Positions 1-8,539 of a DNA stretch of 64,000 nucleotides are shown piece by piece. Below the pieces are notes generated by a model. The model had not been told where the DNA came from, did no database searches, and saw only the letters and a list, made by a program, of their open reading frames with translations. A program made the translations under genes and the position numbers. The first letter of the stretch is position 1. Every line of letters starts with the position of its first letter. Source of the DNA: Alistipes senegalensis (GTDB lineage Bacteria > Bacteroidota > Bacteroidia > Bacteroidales > Rikenellaceae); the NCBI GenBank assembly GCA_023664045.1, contig JAMPGH010000001.1, forward strand, positions 717,693 to 781,692. The letters run 5' to 3'.

Positions 1-240
1 TTCTGGCCCTACAAGAAAATCGACGGTTCGTGCATGATGGGATTCGATCGTCCCGAAGGATGGGATGCCGTGGTGGCGTTCTCCGAAGCACCGCGCACGA
101 CCTATCGCGAAATCCGCGACGCCCGTTCCGATCAAGCGGCCGCACGGCAGGCGATGCTCGATTTCATCGAATGCTGCAAGGCCGAAAATTGCCGCCCTCA
201 AAAGGGTTATATCCGTTCCATCGAACTTCATATAGACTAA
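1..240 (+). CDS. Glycoside hydrolase family 5, C-terminal part (5' end outside window)
   Basis: Frame from base 1 reads FWPYKKIDGSCMMGFDRPEGWD...; FWPYKK resembles the last barrel strand of Bacteroidota GH5 enzymes; stop at 238-240, 6 nt before the GH3 gene. Confidence 0.6.
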   Translation, partial: FWPYKKIDGSCMMGFDRPEGWDAVVAFSEAPRTTYREIRDARSDQAAARQAMLDFIECCKAENCRPQKGYIRSIELHID

Positions 241-246
241 AAACTC

Positions 247-2472
247 GTGAAAGGATTCTTTGTTTTCGGTTTCGGGCTGTTTGCGCTGCTCTCCGTGCAG
301 GCACAACATCGTCCCGTTTATCTCGACCCGCAAAAACCGGTCGAGGAGCGCATCGAAGATGCGTTGCGCCGCATGACGACCGCCGAGAAAATCGCGATGA
401 TTCATGCGCAGTCGAAATTTTCGTCGCCGGGCGTGCCGCGTCTGGGCATTCCCGAAGTATGGATGACCGACGGCCCGCACGGTATTCGTCCCGAAGTGTT
501 GTGGGACGAGTGGGAACAGGCCGGTTGGTCGAACGACTCGTGTGTCAATTTTCCGGCTTTGACCTGTCTTGCGGCGACGTGGGACCCGTCGATGGCCGAA
601 CGCTACGGCCGTGCCATCGGCGAGGAAGCCCGTTACCGCAAGAAGTCGGTGCTGCTGGGTCCGGGCGTCAATATCTATCAGTCGCCGCTGAACGGACGCA
701 ACTTCGAGTACATGGGCGAGGATCCTTTCCTCGCCTCCGAAATGGTGGTTCCCTATGTGCGGGGCGTGCAGGAGAACGGCGTGGCCGCCTGCGTCAAGCA
801 CTATGCGCTCAACAACCATGAACTCCACCGTCATACGACCGATGTCGAGGTCAGCGACCGCGCTTTGTACGAAATCTATCTTCCGGCGTTCCGCGCGGCG
901 GTCGAAAAGGGTCGCACGTGGGCGATTATGGGCTCGTACAACCTCTATCGCGGTCAGCACGGCTGCCACAACAAACGGCTGCTGGTCGATATCCTGAAGG
1001 GCGAATGGGGATTCGATGGCGTGGTCGTCTCCGACTGGGGCGGCGTGCACGATACCGAAGAGGCTATTCGCAACGGGTTGGATATGGAGTTCGGCACATG
1101 GACCAACGGACTCTCTTCGGGTTCGAGCAATGCCTACGACGATTATTATTTGGCGGCTCCGTATGCCCGTCTGATTGCGGAGGGCAAGGTAGGCACGGCG
1201 GAGCTCGACGACAAGGTACGTCGCATTCTGCGCCTCATCTATCGTACGGAACTCGATCCGTCGCGGCCCTACGGTTCGCTCTGCTCCGAAGAACATTTCG
1301 ATGCGGCCCGCCGCATCGCCGAAGCGGGCATGGTGCTGCTCAAAAACGAGGGCGGTCTGTTGCCGTTGCCTGCGGGCGAATTGCGTCGGGTGCTGGTCGT
1401 GGGTGAGAACGCCGTCAAGATGATGTCGGTCGGAGGCGGCAGCTCATCGCTCAAAACCCGGTACGAAATTTCGCCGCTCGAAGGGCTGCGCCGCCGGTTG
1501 CAGGGGGTCGAGGTGGCTTATGCTCGCGGCTATGTGGGCGATACGGACGGTTCGTACAACGGCGTGCGATCGGGTCAGAATCTGGAAGATCTCCGCACGC
1601 CCGACGAATTGATCGCCGAAGCGGTCGCCGAAGCGAAAAAAGCCGACTACGTGATTTTCGTAGGCGGACTGAACAAGAGCAAACATCAGGATTGCGAAGA
1701 CAGCGACCGTACGGAACTGGATTTGCCCTACGGTCAAAACCGGGTTATCGAAGCGCTGGCTGCGGCCAATCCTCGTCTGGTGGTGGTCAACATCTCGGGC
1801 AATGCCGTGGCGATGCCGTGGATCGGCCGCGTAAAATCCGTCGTGCAGGCGTGGTATGCGGGTTCGGAAAGCGGTACGGCACTGGCTGCGGTGCTTACGG
1901 GCGATACGAATCCGTCCGGTCGTCTGCCGTTTACGTTCCCGGTCCGGCTGGAGGATGTCGGTGCCGTTGCCACCGGACAGTATCCCGGCACCAAGCGGGA
2001 CGACGGAATCTATGAAGAGACTTATGCCGACGATCTTTTCGTCGGTTATCGTTGGTTCGACCGGAAAAAAATCGTTCCTTTGTTCCCGTTCGGACATGGT
2101 TTGAGCTATACGACGTTCCGTTATGGCAAAGCGGCCCTCGACCGCAACCGGTTTTCCGGCGACGGTAAACTGACTCTGTCGGTTCCGGTTACGAACACGG
2201 GCGACCGTGCGGGCGACGAAGTGGTGCAGCTTTACATCCGCGACGTCGAATCGACTCTTGTTCGGCCCGAAAAAGAGTTGAAAGGATTTGCCAAAGTGCA
2301 TTTGGAGCCCGGAGAAACCAAGACGGTAACTTTCGCCATCGACCGGTCGATGCTGACGTTTTTCGATGATGCTCAACATGCTTGGGTTGCCGAGCCCGGT
2401 CGTTTCGAAGCGATCGTCGCGGCTTCGGCAACGGATATTCGGACACGCATATCGTTCTATTATGACAAATAA
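247..2472 (+). CDS. GH3 beta-glucosidase with signal peptide and C-terminal Fn3-like domain
   Basis: DGPHGIR, GRNFEYMGEDP, ACVKHY, VVSDW nucleophile motif, FPFGHGLSYT, KELKGF. Confidence 0.95.
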   Translation: MKGFFVFGFGLFALLSVQAQHRPVYLDPQKPVEERIEDALRRMTTAEKIAMIHAQSKFSSPGVPRLGIPEVWMTDGPHGIRPEVLWDEWEQAGWSNDSCVNFPALTCLAATWDPSMAERYGRAIGEEARYRKKSVLLGPGVNIYQSPLNGRNFEYMGEDPFLASEMVVPYVRGVQENGVAACVKHYALNNHELHRHTTDVEVSDRALYEIYLPAFRAAVEKGRTWAIMGSYNLYRGQHGCHNKRLLVDILKGEWGFDGVVVSDWGGVHDTEEAIRNGLDMEFGTWTNGLSSGSSNAYDDYYLAAPYARLIAEGKVGTAELDDKVRRILRLIYRTELDPSRPYGSLCSEEHFDAARRIAEAGMVLLKNEGGLLPLPAGELRRVLVVGENAVKMMSVGGGSSSLKTRYEISPLEGLRRRLQGVEVAYARGYVGDTDGSYNGVRSGQNLEDLRTPDELIAEAVAEAKKADYVIFVGGLNKSKHQDCEDSDRTELDLPYGQNRVIEALAAANPRLVVVNISGNAVAMPWIGRVKSVVQAWYAGSESGTALAAVLTGDTNPSGRLPFTFPVRLEDVGAVATGQYPGTKRDDGIYEETYADDLFVGYRWFDRKKIVPLFPFGHGLSYTTFRYGKAALDRNRFSGDGKLTLSVPVTNTGDRAGDEVVQLYIRDVESTLVRPEKELKGFAKVHLEPGETKTVTFAIDRSMLTFFDDAQHAWVAEPGRFEAIVAASATDIRTRISFYYDK

Positions 2473-2482
2473 AAATAGTATT

Positions 2483-3295
2483 ATGAAAAATTTGTTCGAC
2501 ATCGAGGGCAAGGTCGTCGTCATCACGGGCGGCGCCGGGATTCTGGGGCGTTCGATCAGCCTCTACCTCGCCGGGCAGGGAACGCGGGTCGTCATTCTCG
2601 ACCGCGACGCAGCCGCTGGGGAAACGCTCGTCTCCGAAATCGAAGCCGACGGCGGCGAAGCGATGTTTCTGATGACCGACGTGCTGAACCGCGAGGTTCT
2701 TGAACAGAACAAGGCCGACATTCTGGCCAAGTATGGCTGCATCGACGTATTGTTGAACGCCGCGGGCGGCAACATGGGCGGCGCGACGATCGCTCCCGAC
2801 AAGTCGTTCCTCGATCTGGAGATCGATGCGTTCAAAAAGGTCGTCGACCTCAATCTGTTCGGCACGGTGCTGCCGACGACGGTCTTCGGCGAAGCGATGA
2901 CGGCCCGCAAGAAAGGCGTCATCGTGAACTTCTGTTCCGAGTCGGCCTTGCGCCCCCTGACGCGGGTGGTAGGCTACGGCGCGGCGAAGGCGGCGATCGG
3001 CAACTACACGAAGTACATGGCGGCGGAGCTGGCGACCAAGTTCTCGCCCGAAATGCGTGTGAACGCCATCGTGCCGGGTTTCCTGCTCACCAACCAGAAC
3101 CGGGCTTTGCTGACCAACCCCGACGGTTCGTATACCGACCGGGCCCGGACGATCATCGCCCATACGCCGGCGGGCCGGTTCGCCGAGCCGGAGGAGCTGC
3201 TGGGTACGATCCACTACCTCATTAGCGACGCTTCGTCGTTCGTAACGGGTGCGCTGGCCGTGGTCGACGGCGGTTTCGACGCATTTTCCATCTAA
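2483..3295 (+). CDS. uxuB: SDR-family D-mannonate oxidoreductase (fructuronate reductase)
   Basis: TGGAGILG Rossmann motif, NAAG, YxxxK (YGAAK); directly upstream of uxuA; start taken at the ATG after an A-rich leader. Confidence 0.8.
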   Translation: MKNLFDIEGKVVVITGGAGILGRSISLYLAGQGTRVVILDRDAAAGETLVSEIEADGGEAMFLMTDVLNREVLEQNKADILAKYGCIDVLLNAAGGNMGGATIAPDKSFLDLEIDAFKKVVDLNLFGTVLPTTVFGEAMTARKKGVIVNFCSESALRPLTRVVGYGAAKAAIGNYTKYMAAELATKFSPEMRVNAIVPGFLLTNQNRALLTNPDGSYTDRARTIIAHTPAGRFAEPEELLGTIHYLISDASSFVTGALAVVDGGFDAFSI

Positions 3296-3307
3296 TCTGC
3301 TCCGAAC

Positions 3308-4486
3308 ATGTATCTCTGCAAACAATCTTTCCGCTGGTACGGACCGAATGATCCGGTGTCGTTGGCGGATATCCGTCAGGCTGGCGCCACCGATATCGTA
3401 ACGGCCCTGCACCATATCCCCAACGGCGAGGTGTGGCCGGTCGAGGAGATCCGCAAACGTCAACAGCTGGTCGCCGACGCCGGTATGGTGTGGTCGGTGG
3501 TCGAGAGCGTCCCCGTGCACGAACACATCAAGACCCGCACGGGCGATTTTCAAAAGTATATCGACAACTACAAGCAGTCGATTCGCAATCTGGCGGCCTG
3601 CGGGGTGAAAATCATCACCTACAACTTCATGCCCGTGCTCGACTGGACGCGCACCGACCTCGCTTACGAACTGCCCGACGGCTCGCGGGCTCTGCGGTTC
3701 GAACGCGCCGCATTCTTGGCGTTCGACCTCTTCATTCTGAAACGGCCCGGCGCCGAAAAAGAGTACGCGGCCGAAGAGATCGCCCGCGCGAAAGCCCGTT
3801 ACGAACGGATGGACGCTGCCGAAATCGAACGCATTACGCGCAACATGATCGCTGGGCTTCCGGGCTCGGAGGAGAGTTTCACGCTGGAACAGTTCCAACG
3901 CGAACTCGACCGTTACAAAGGCATCACGCCCGAAATCCTGCGCGACAACCTGATCGCCTTCCTGCGCGAAATCGCGCCCGTAGCCGACGAGACGGGGGCC
4001 GTGCTGGCGATTCATCCCGACGACCCGCCCTATCCGATTCTGGGTCTGCCGCGCATTCTGTCGACCGAAGCCGATTTTCAGCGGCTGGTCGAGGCGGTGC
4101 CGAATCCGTCGAACGGGCTGTGTCTCTGCACGGGTTCGCTGGGTGTATCTGCGCAGAACGACCTGCCGGGCATGATGCGCCGATGCGGCGAACGGGTCTA
4201 CTTCGTCCACCTGCGCTCGACGCAGCGCGATGAGGAGGGGAACTTCTACGAAGCGAACCACTTGGAGGGCGACGTGCCGATGTACGAGGTGATGAAAGCC
4301 TTTCTGGAAATCCAGCAGCAGTACAAGCGTTCGATTCCGATGCGGCCGGATCACGGCCACCAGATGTGCGACGACCTGAAAAAGCGGACGAATCCGGGCT
4401 ACTCCTGCTTGGGCCGGCTGAAAGGACTGGCCGAACTGCGCGGACTCGAATGGGGTATCGCGGGGTCGCTTTTTCAAGAAAAATAG
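3308..4486 (+). CDS. uxuA: Mannonate dehydratase
   Basis: [39 protein letters not shown] motifs. Confidence 0.97.
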   Translation: MYLCKQSFRWYGPNDPVSLADIRQAGATDIVTALHHIPNGEVWPVEEIRKRQQLVADAGMVWSVVESVPVHEHIKTRTGDFQKYIDNYKQSIRNLAACGVKIITYNFMPVLDWTRTDLAYELPDGSRALRFERAAFLAFDLFILKRPGAEKEYAAEEIARAKARYERMDAAEIERITRNMIAGLPGSEESFTLEQFQRELDRYKGITPEILRDNLIAFLREIAPVADETGAVLAIHPDDPPYPILGLPRILSTEADFQRLVEAVPNPSNGLCLCTGSLGVSAQNDLPGMMRRCGERVYFVHLRSTQRDEEGNFYEANHLEGDVPMYEVMKAFLEIQQQYKRSIPMRPDHGHQMCDDLKKRTNPGYSCLGRLKGLAELRGLEWGIAGSLFQEK

Positions 4487-4738
4487 ATGCGTATGAAGAG
4501 ACCGGTTCATTGGGTGCTGCTGTCTTTTCTGTTCGTTTTTCTCGGCCGGGCGCAAACCGTATCGCCGGTCTCGAAAGTCGTGGTGGCATACGTCTCTTCG
4601 TGGACGGACGACATCCCCGACCCGCACTGCATGACGCACATCAACTATGCGTTCACGGACGGAGTGCAAAATCTGCTGTTTCTGAATGCTTTTCGCTGGG
4701 TGTCCAGCACTGCGCCGAACGGAAACCCTTTTGAATGA
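4487..4738 (+). pseudogene. Internally deleted GH18-like gene (signal peptide and first GH18 strands fused in frame to a C-terminal fragment)
   Basis: KVVVAYVSSW...MTHINYAF is a GH18 N-terminus; the ORF ends 27 aa later with no DxxDxDxE motif. Confidence 0.65.
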
Positions 4739-4844
4739 TATTGAGTTTGACGATTACATACCTTGATGTACCAACGGCCAAGAAAATGAATAGCTCCGGC
4801 TTTCCGTCGGAGTGCAGCCGCAGTCGGGAACGAATGTTCCGGAT

Positions 4845-5372
4845 TTACAAACCGTACACGTTTTTATAAATGGTGTCTCTTATCTCGCAGAATTCGGATT
4901 CATCGAGGTTGCCGTAAACCATCAGGTGCATCGGCAACCAGTCGCCGTGGGGGCGATAAGGCGGTTGGCGGTACTCCCTCTCCCAGAGGACGAATCCTTG
5001 CCGTTGGTAGAAGCCGATGCGACGTCGGGAGAGATCGTCGTCGGGAGCTTCCACCTCCAGCACGACGGGTCTCTGCAAGTCGCATAGCAGCCGTTTCAGG
5101 GCGCGTGCGCCGTATCCGTCATTGCGGAATTCCGGCGATACGGCGAAATGCTCTACGTAATGGAAACGGTCGAAAATCCAATAAGACAAGAGGCCTACGG
5201 GCATCTCGTCGTGGCAAATCAGGTTGTTGCGGAAGATTTCGCTGGCGGCGGTCAGCTTCCGCCACTCGGCGGGCTCGCGGTATTCCTCCGGCGGAAAGGC
5301 GGCCGCGAGCAGGTTCTCCATGAACCGATACGCCTGCGAATCGGTGTCGGTGATGCGACGCAATGCGATCAT
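4845..5372 (-). CDS. GNAT family N-acetyltransferase
   Basis: AFPPEEYR, YVEHFAVSPEFRNDGYG acetyl-CoA motif, RRIGFYQRQGF; start MIALRR lies downstream of a TACCTTTG promoter. Confidence 0.88.
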   Translation of the reverse strand: MIALRRITDTDSQAYRFMENLLAAAFPPEEYREPAEWRKLTAASEIFRNNLICHDEMPVGLLSYWIFDRFHYVEHFAVSPEFRNDGYGARALKRLLCDLQRPVVLEVEAPDDDLSRRRIGFYQRQGFVLWEREYRQPPYRPHGDWLPMHLMVYGNLDESEFCEIRDTIYKNVYGL

Positions 5373-5408
5373 GGGTCGATTTTTTTCGTGAATGGCTCGT
5401 TTCCGGGA

Positions 5409-5416
5409 CAAAGGTA
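5409..5416 (-). promoter_or_regulatory. Bacteroidota sigmaA -7 element (TACCTTTG) for the GNAT gene
   Basis: Matches TAnnTTTG, 36 nt before the ATG. Confidence 0.6.
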
Positions 5417-5559
5417 AGCAACTTTTCCGGAACACGAGTTTACGGAAGGGCGTTTTCCTGTTTCCGATTTCGCAGGATCGTGCGCCGAGCCTGCAACGGG
5501 TATGAAAAGAGCGCATCGGAAGATGCGCTCCTGAAGAGTGGCGGAAGCCGGAGTTCCGT

Positions 5560-5943
5560 CTACTTTTCGATCGTATCGGAGTTCTGGTTGTAGGCTTTGG
5601 CCACGCACTTCCACTCGCCGTCGATCTTCAACAGCAGCAGGTAGTCGGTGAAATCGATGCTGCCGCCCCAGCCCTCCTCGAGGACCCGGACGACGGCCAG
5701 CGTCTCTTCGACGGCGATCACATCCACGCGGGCCTTGAAATCGTCGCCGCCGCCCACGCGGTCGACATTCTTGTAGAACTGTTCGATGCTTCCGTGCTCC
5801 AACTCCCCGTTGAGGAACCCGAACAGCACCGCATCGTCGGTGAAGAGTCGGCGGGCATGGCTGCTGTCGCCCTCGGCTACGCTTCTGACGAATTTCATGG
5901 CCGCTTCCTGTACGGCTTCGTATTCCCGGATCGAATCTCTCAT
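5560..5943 (-). CDS. NTF2-like / putative lumazine-binding family protein
   Basis: 127 aa; A..LF..DA, FTDYLLLLKIDGEWKCVAK pattern. Confidence 0.8.
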   Translation of the reverse strand: MRDSIREYEAVQEAAMKFVRSVAEGDSSHARRLFTDDAVLFGFLNGELEHGSIEQFYKNVDRVGGGDDFKARVDVIAVEETLAVVRVLEEGWGGSIDFTDYLLLLKIDGEWKCVAKAYNQNSDTIEK

Positions 5944-5970
5944 GGTATTTGAATTTTGATTTTACGAGTG

Positions 5971-5978
5971 CAAAGTTA
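5971..5978 (-). promoter_or_regulatory. -7 element (TAACTTTG) for the NTF2-like gene
   Basis: TAnnTTTG consensus in an AT-rich divergent intergenic region. Confidence 0.6.
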
Positions 5979-6066
5979 CGGGGTAGTACGCGCAGATGCA
6001 AGTACCGAAAAAATATTCATATACAGAAAAATTATTCGGTATACCTTCCGTTCGGGCTATTATGCG

Positions 6067-6074
6067 TATCTTTG
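6067..6074 (+). promoter_or_regulatory. -7 element (TATCTTTG) for the HxlR regulator
   Basis: TAnnTTTG 20 nt before the ATG. Confidence 0.6.
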
Positions 6075-6094
6075 CCGCGTAAAAAACGGCAATC

Positions 6095-6448
6095 ATGTAC
6101 GAACGCAAGATCCCTGTCGATCTGAGTTGTCCTCTGCGGCTTACGATGAGCCTGATCGACTCGAAGTGGAAATCGTGTATTCTCGACGAACTCCGCCACC
6201 GCGCCATGCGGCCCAGCGAGCTGCACAGGGCTTTGCCCGAAGCGGCCCCGCGCGTGCTCGACATTCAGCTGAAGGAGCTGGTGGAGGACGGTTTGGCGGC
6301 GAAGACCATCTATCCGGAACTGCCGCCCCGCTCGGAATACGTCATTACGCCGTTGGGCATGACGCTGATTCCGATTATCGATTCGATGCTCGAATGGGGA
6401 GAGCGGAACAGAGAACTCTTCGTACGGAAATACGGCGAACGGAAGTAG
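6095..6448 (+). CDS. HxlR/DUF24 winged-helix transcriptional regulator
   Basis: CP...KWK..IL, L..QLKEL..DGL, YPELPPRSEY.IT.LG. Confidence 0.93.
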   Translation: MYERKIPVDLSCPLRLTMSLIDSKWKSCILDELRHRAMRPSELHRALPEAAPRVLDIQLKELVEDGLAAKTIYPELPPRSEYVITPLGMTLIPIIDSMLEWGERNRELFVRKYGERK

Positions 6449-6542
6449 CGGCGATGACGGGACCCGTCTTGCAGTTGCGGTCGGACGTTTCTTCGAATAT
6501 GGCCGCGCCGACCGAACCGTTCGCCTGATCGGAAATATGCCA

Positions 6543-6581
6543 ACGAAAAACGCCTCGCATGAAATGCGTGGCGTTTTTCGT
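6543..6581. terminator. Bidirectional intrinsic terminator between hxlR and the PUL left arm
   Basis: ACGAAAAACGCC-tCGCAT-gaa-ATGCGt-GGCGTTTTTCGT inverted repeat with A and T tracts. Confidence 0.8.
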
Positions 6582-6595
6582 GTCGGGACGTGCGT

Positions 6596-8539
6596 CTATC
6601 GGGTGATTCCCGGCCAGTCGTCGGTACGGAAAGGAGAGGCCGGCAGCCCCGAACTGTCGGTCAGGTCGTCGTCGCAGGGGTTGTCTTCCCATCCGTAGCG
6701 TACGGCGACGGGGCACGGGACGTCGTCGCTGAAAACCGCGATGCGCTCGTCGTCGAGGACGCAGGCCCGGGCCCAGACGAACTTGCGGTCGGCGCCCGCA
6801 ACGGCGAATCCTCGCAGGTAGCCGTATCGGTTGCCGTCGGCCGGACGCAGGGATCCCGTGGTCTCGAACGTCAGGACGAGACGATTTCCGTCGTGCTCCA
6901 TCGACCGGTAGACCGGACCGTTCGCCGCTACGTCGCCGCGGCCGTAGGCCACTCTCAGTGCGGCTCGTGAAAGCCGGTAGCCGACGTCGCGCTTGTTGCG
7001 GGGATGGATGTCGTCCGCCTCTCCGATGTCGGTGATGACGGCCTGTCCCGTCGCCGGAAGCGCCAGCGTCCGGTTCTGCGCTTCGCGCAGCTCGGCCCAT
7101 TCGCTCTCTCCGGGTTCGGGTCGCACGGCCATGTAGCTCGCCAGCTGCACCCAGAAGAAAGGAAATTCGTATCCCCATTGTCGGCGCCAGTCGCGGATCA
7201 TCGCCGGAAAGAGCCGCCGGTAGCTCTGCGCCCGGGAGGCGTTGTTCTCGCCCTGATACCAGATCGCACCCTTGATGCCGTAGCCTGCGAGCGGGGCGAT
7301 CATGCCGTTGTAGAGCAGCGAGGCGAAGCAGTTGGGATTGCAGCCCTTGTCGTCCGTGATGCCGAACATCGTCGTCGTGGCCGAGGGGCGGTAGAGCCAT
7401 TCGCCCCGCAGATCGTAACGCAGGCCGTCGACCTCCAGATAGAGATCTTCCGCCGCTCCCCAGATGCCGCCTCCGCCGCTCGGGTCCTCGACCCGGATGG
7501 CGATGAGGTTTTCGCCCTCGTGCAGCACGCCGGCCGCAAGTTCGTAGCATCGCGGGAGGTTCCATGCGGTCGTTTCGCCGATCCGCCGGCCGTTCACGTA
7601 GGTGATGTCGGTGTCGTCGACGGCGGCAAGATGCAGCACGCCCGCTTTTCCGGCAGCCGATGCCGGCAGCGCCACCGTCCGCCGGAACCAGATGCGGCCG
7701 TCGGTCGGGCCGAGCACGTTCTCCCAGTTTTGCGGCAGCTCCATCGTTTTCCACTCTTTCGGCCGCGCGGGCACTGCCGGGTCGTACCAGCGCTCCCGGT
7801 CTCCCCGATCGTCTTTCAGAGCGGCCGAGTACTCCTCGTACTGCCGTTCCAGCTTGCCGAGCGCTTCGCGGGGCGATTTTTTTGCCGCATATTGTTCGTA
7901 CTCCTCCATTCGGCGCATGGTCTCCCAGCTCGTCCAGGTTTCGATGTCGGTGCCGCCCCACGAGCTGTCGATCAGTCCTATGGGCACGCCCGTTTCGGCC
8001 TCGATGAATTTGCCGAAATAGTAGCCGACGGCCGAGAAGACGCGCGCAGTCTCGGGGATGCACTCTACCCACGAGCCGCTTTCGATGTCGTTCGCTGCTT
8101 CGAAGGCGATTTTGTCGCCCACCGAAAGCAGGCGGATTCGGGGATTCGCCGCGTCGGCGATCGCCGCTTCGCATTCCGCCGAGGAGTCGAGCCGCAGTTC
8201 CATGTTGGACTGGCCGCTGCAGAGCCAGACGTCGCCGACCAGAATGTCGGTGAAGTGCAGTGCGTTGTCGCGGCCCTCGACGGTCATTTCATAGGGCCCG
8301 CCGGCGGGCAGGGCCGGAAGTTCCGCCCGCCAGCGTCCCGTGCGGTCGGCCCGGACGGCGACTTCCGCTTCGTGGAAGCGGATCGTTACCGTTTCGTTCT
8401 TCGCCGCCTCGCCCCATACGCGGATCGGACGTTCGCGCTGCAGAACCATGTGGTCGCCGAAAAATTTCGGCATGCGGATTTCGGCATGCGCCGACAGGAG
8501 GGCGAGCAGGGTCGCCGCGGAGAGCACTATTCGTTTCAT
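6596..8539 (-). CDS. Sialate O-acetylesterase family (SASA) carbohydrate esterase with inserted galactose-binding-like domain
   Basis: GDVWLCSGQSNM, SWGGT, IKGAIWYQGENN, DIHPRNK; signal peptide MKRIVLS; ATGA overlap with the GH97 stop. Confidence 0.92.
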   Translation of the reverse strand: MKRIVLSAATLLALLSAHAEIRMPKFFGDHMVLQRERPIRVWGEAAKNETVTIRFHEAEVAVRADRTGRWRAELPALPAGGPYEMTVEGRDNALHFTDILVGDVWLCSGQSNMELRLDSSAECEAAIADAANPRIRLLSVGDKIAFEAANDIESGSWVECIPETARVFSAVGYYFGKFIEAETGVPIGLIDSSWGGTDIETWTSWETMRRMEEYEQYAAKKSPREALGKLERQYEEYSAALKDDRGDRERWYDPAVPARPKEWKTMELPQNWENVLGPTDGRIWFRRTVALPASAAGKAGVLHLAAVDDTDITYVNGRRIGETTAWNLPRCYELAAGVLHEGENLIAIRVEDPSGGGGIWGAAEDLYLEVDGLRYDLRGEWLYRPSATTTMFGITDDKGCNPNCFASLLYNGMIAPLAGYGIKGAIWYQGENNASRAQSYRRLFPAMIRDWRRQWGYEFPFFWVQLASYMAVRPEPGESEWAELREAQNRTLALPATGQAVITDIGEADDIHPRNKRDVGYRLSRAALRVAYGRGDVAANGPVYRSMEHDGNRLVLTFETTGSLRPADGNRYGYLRGFAVAGADRKFVWARACVLDDERIAVFSDDVPCPVAVRYGWEDNPCDDDLTDSSGLPASPFRTDDWPGITR

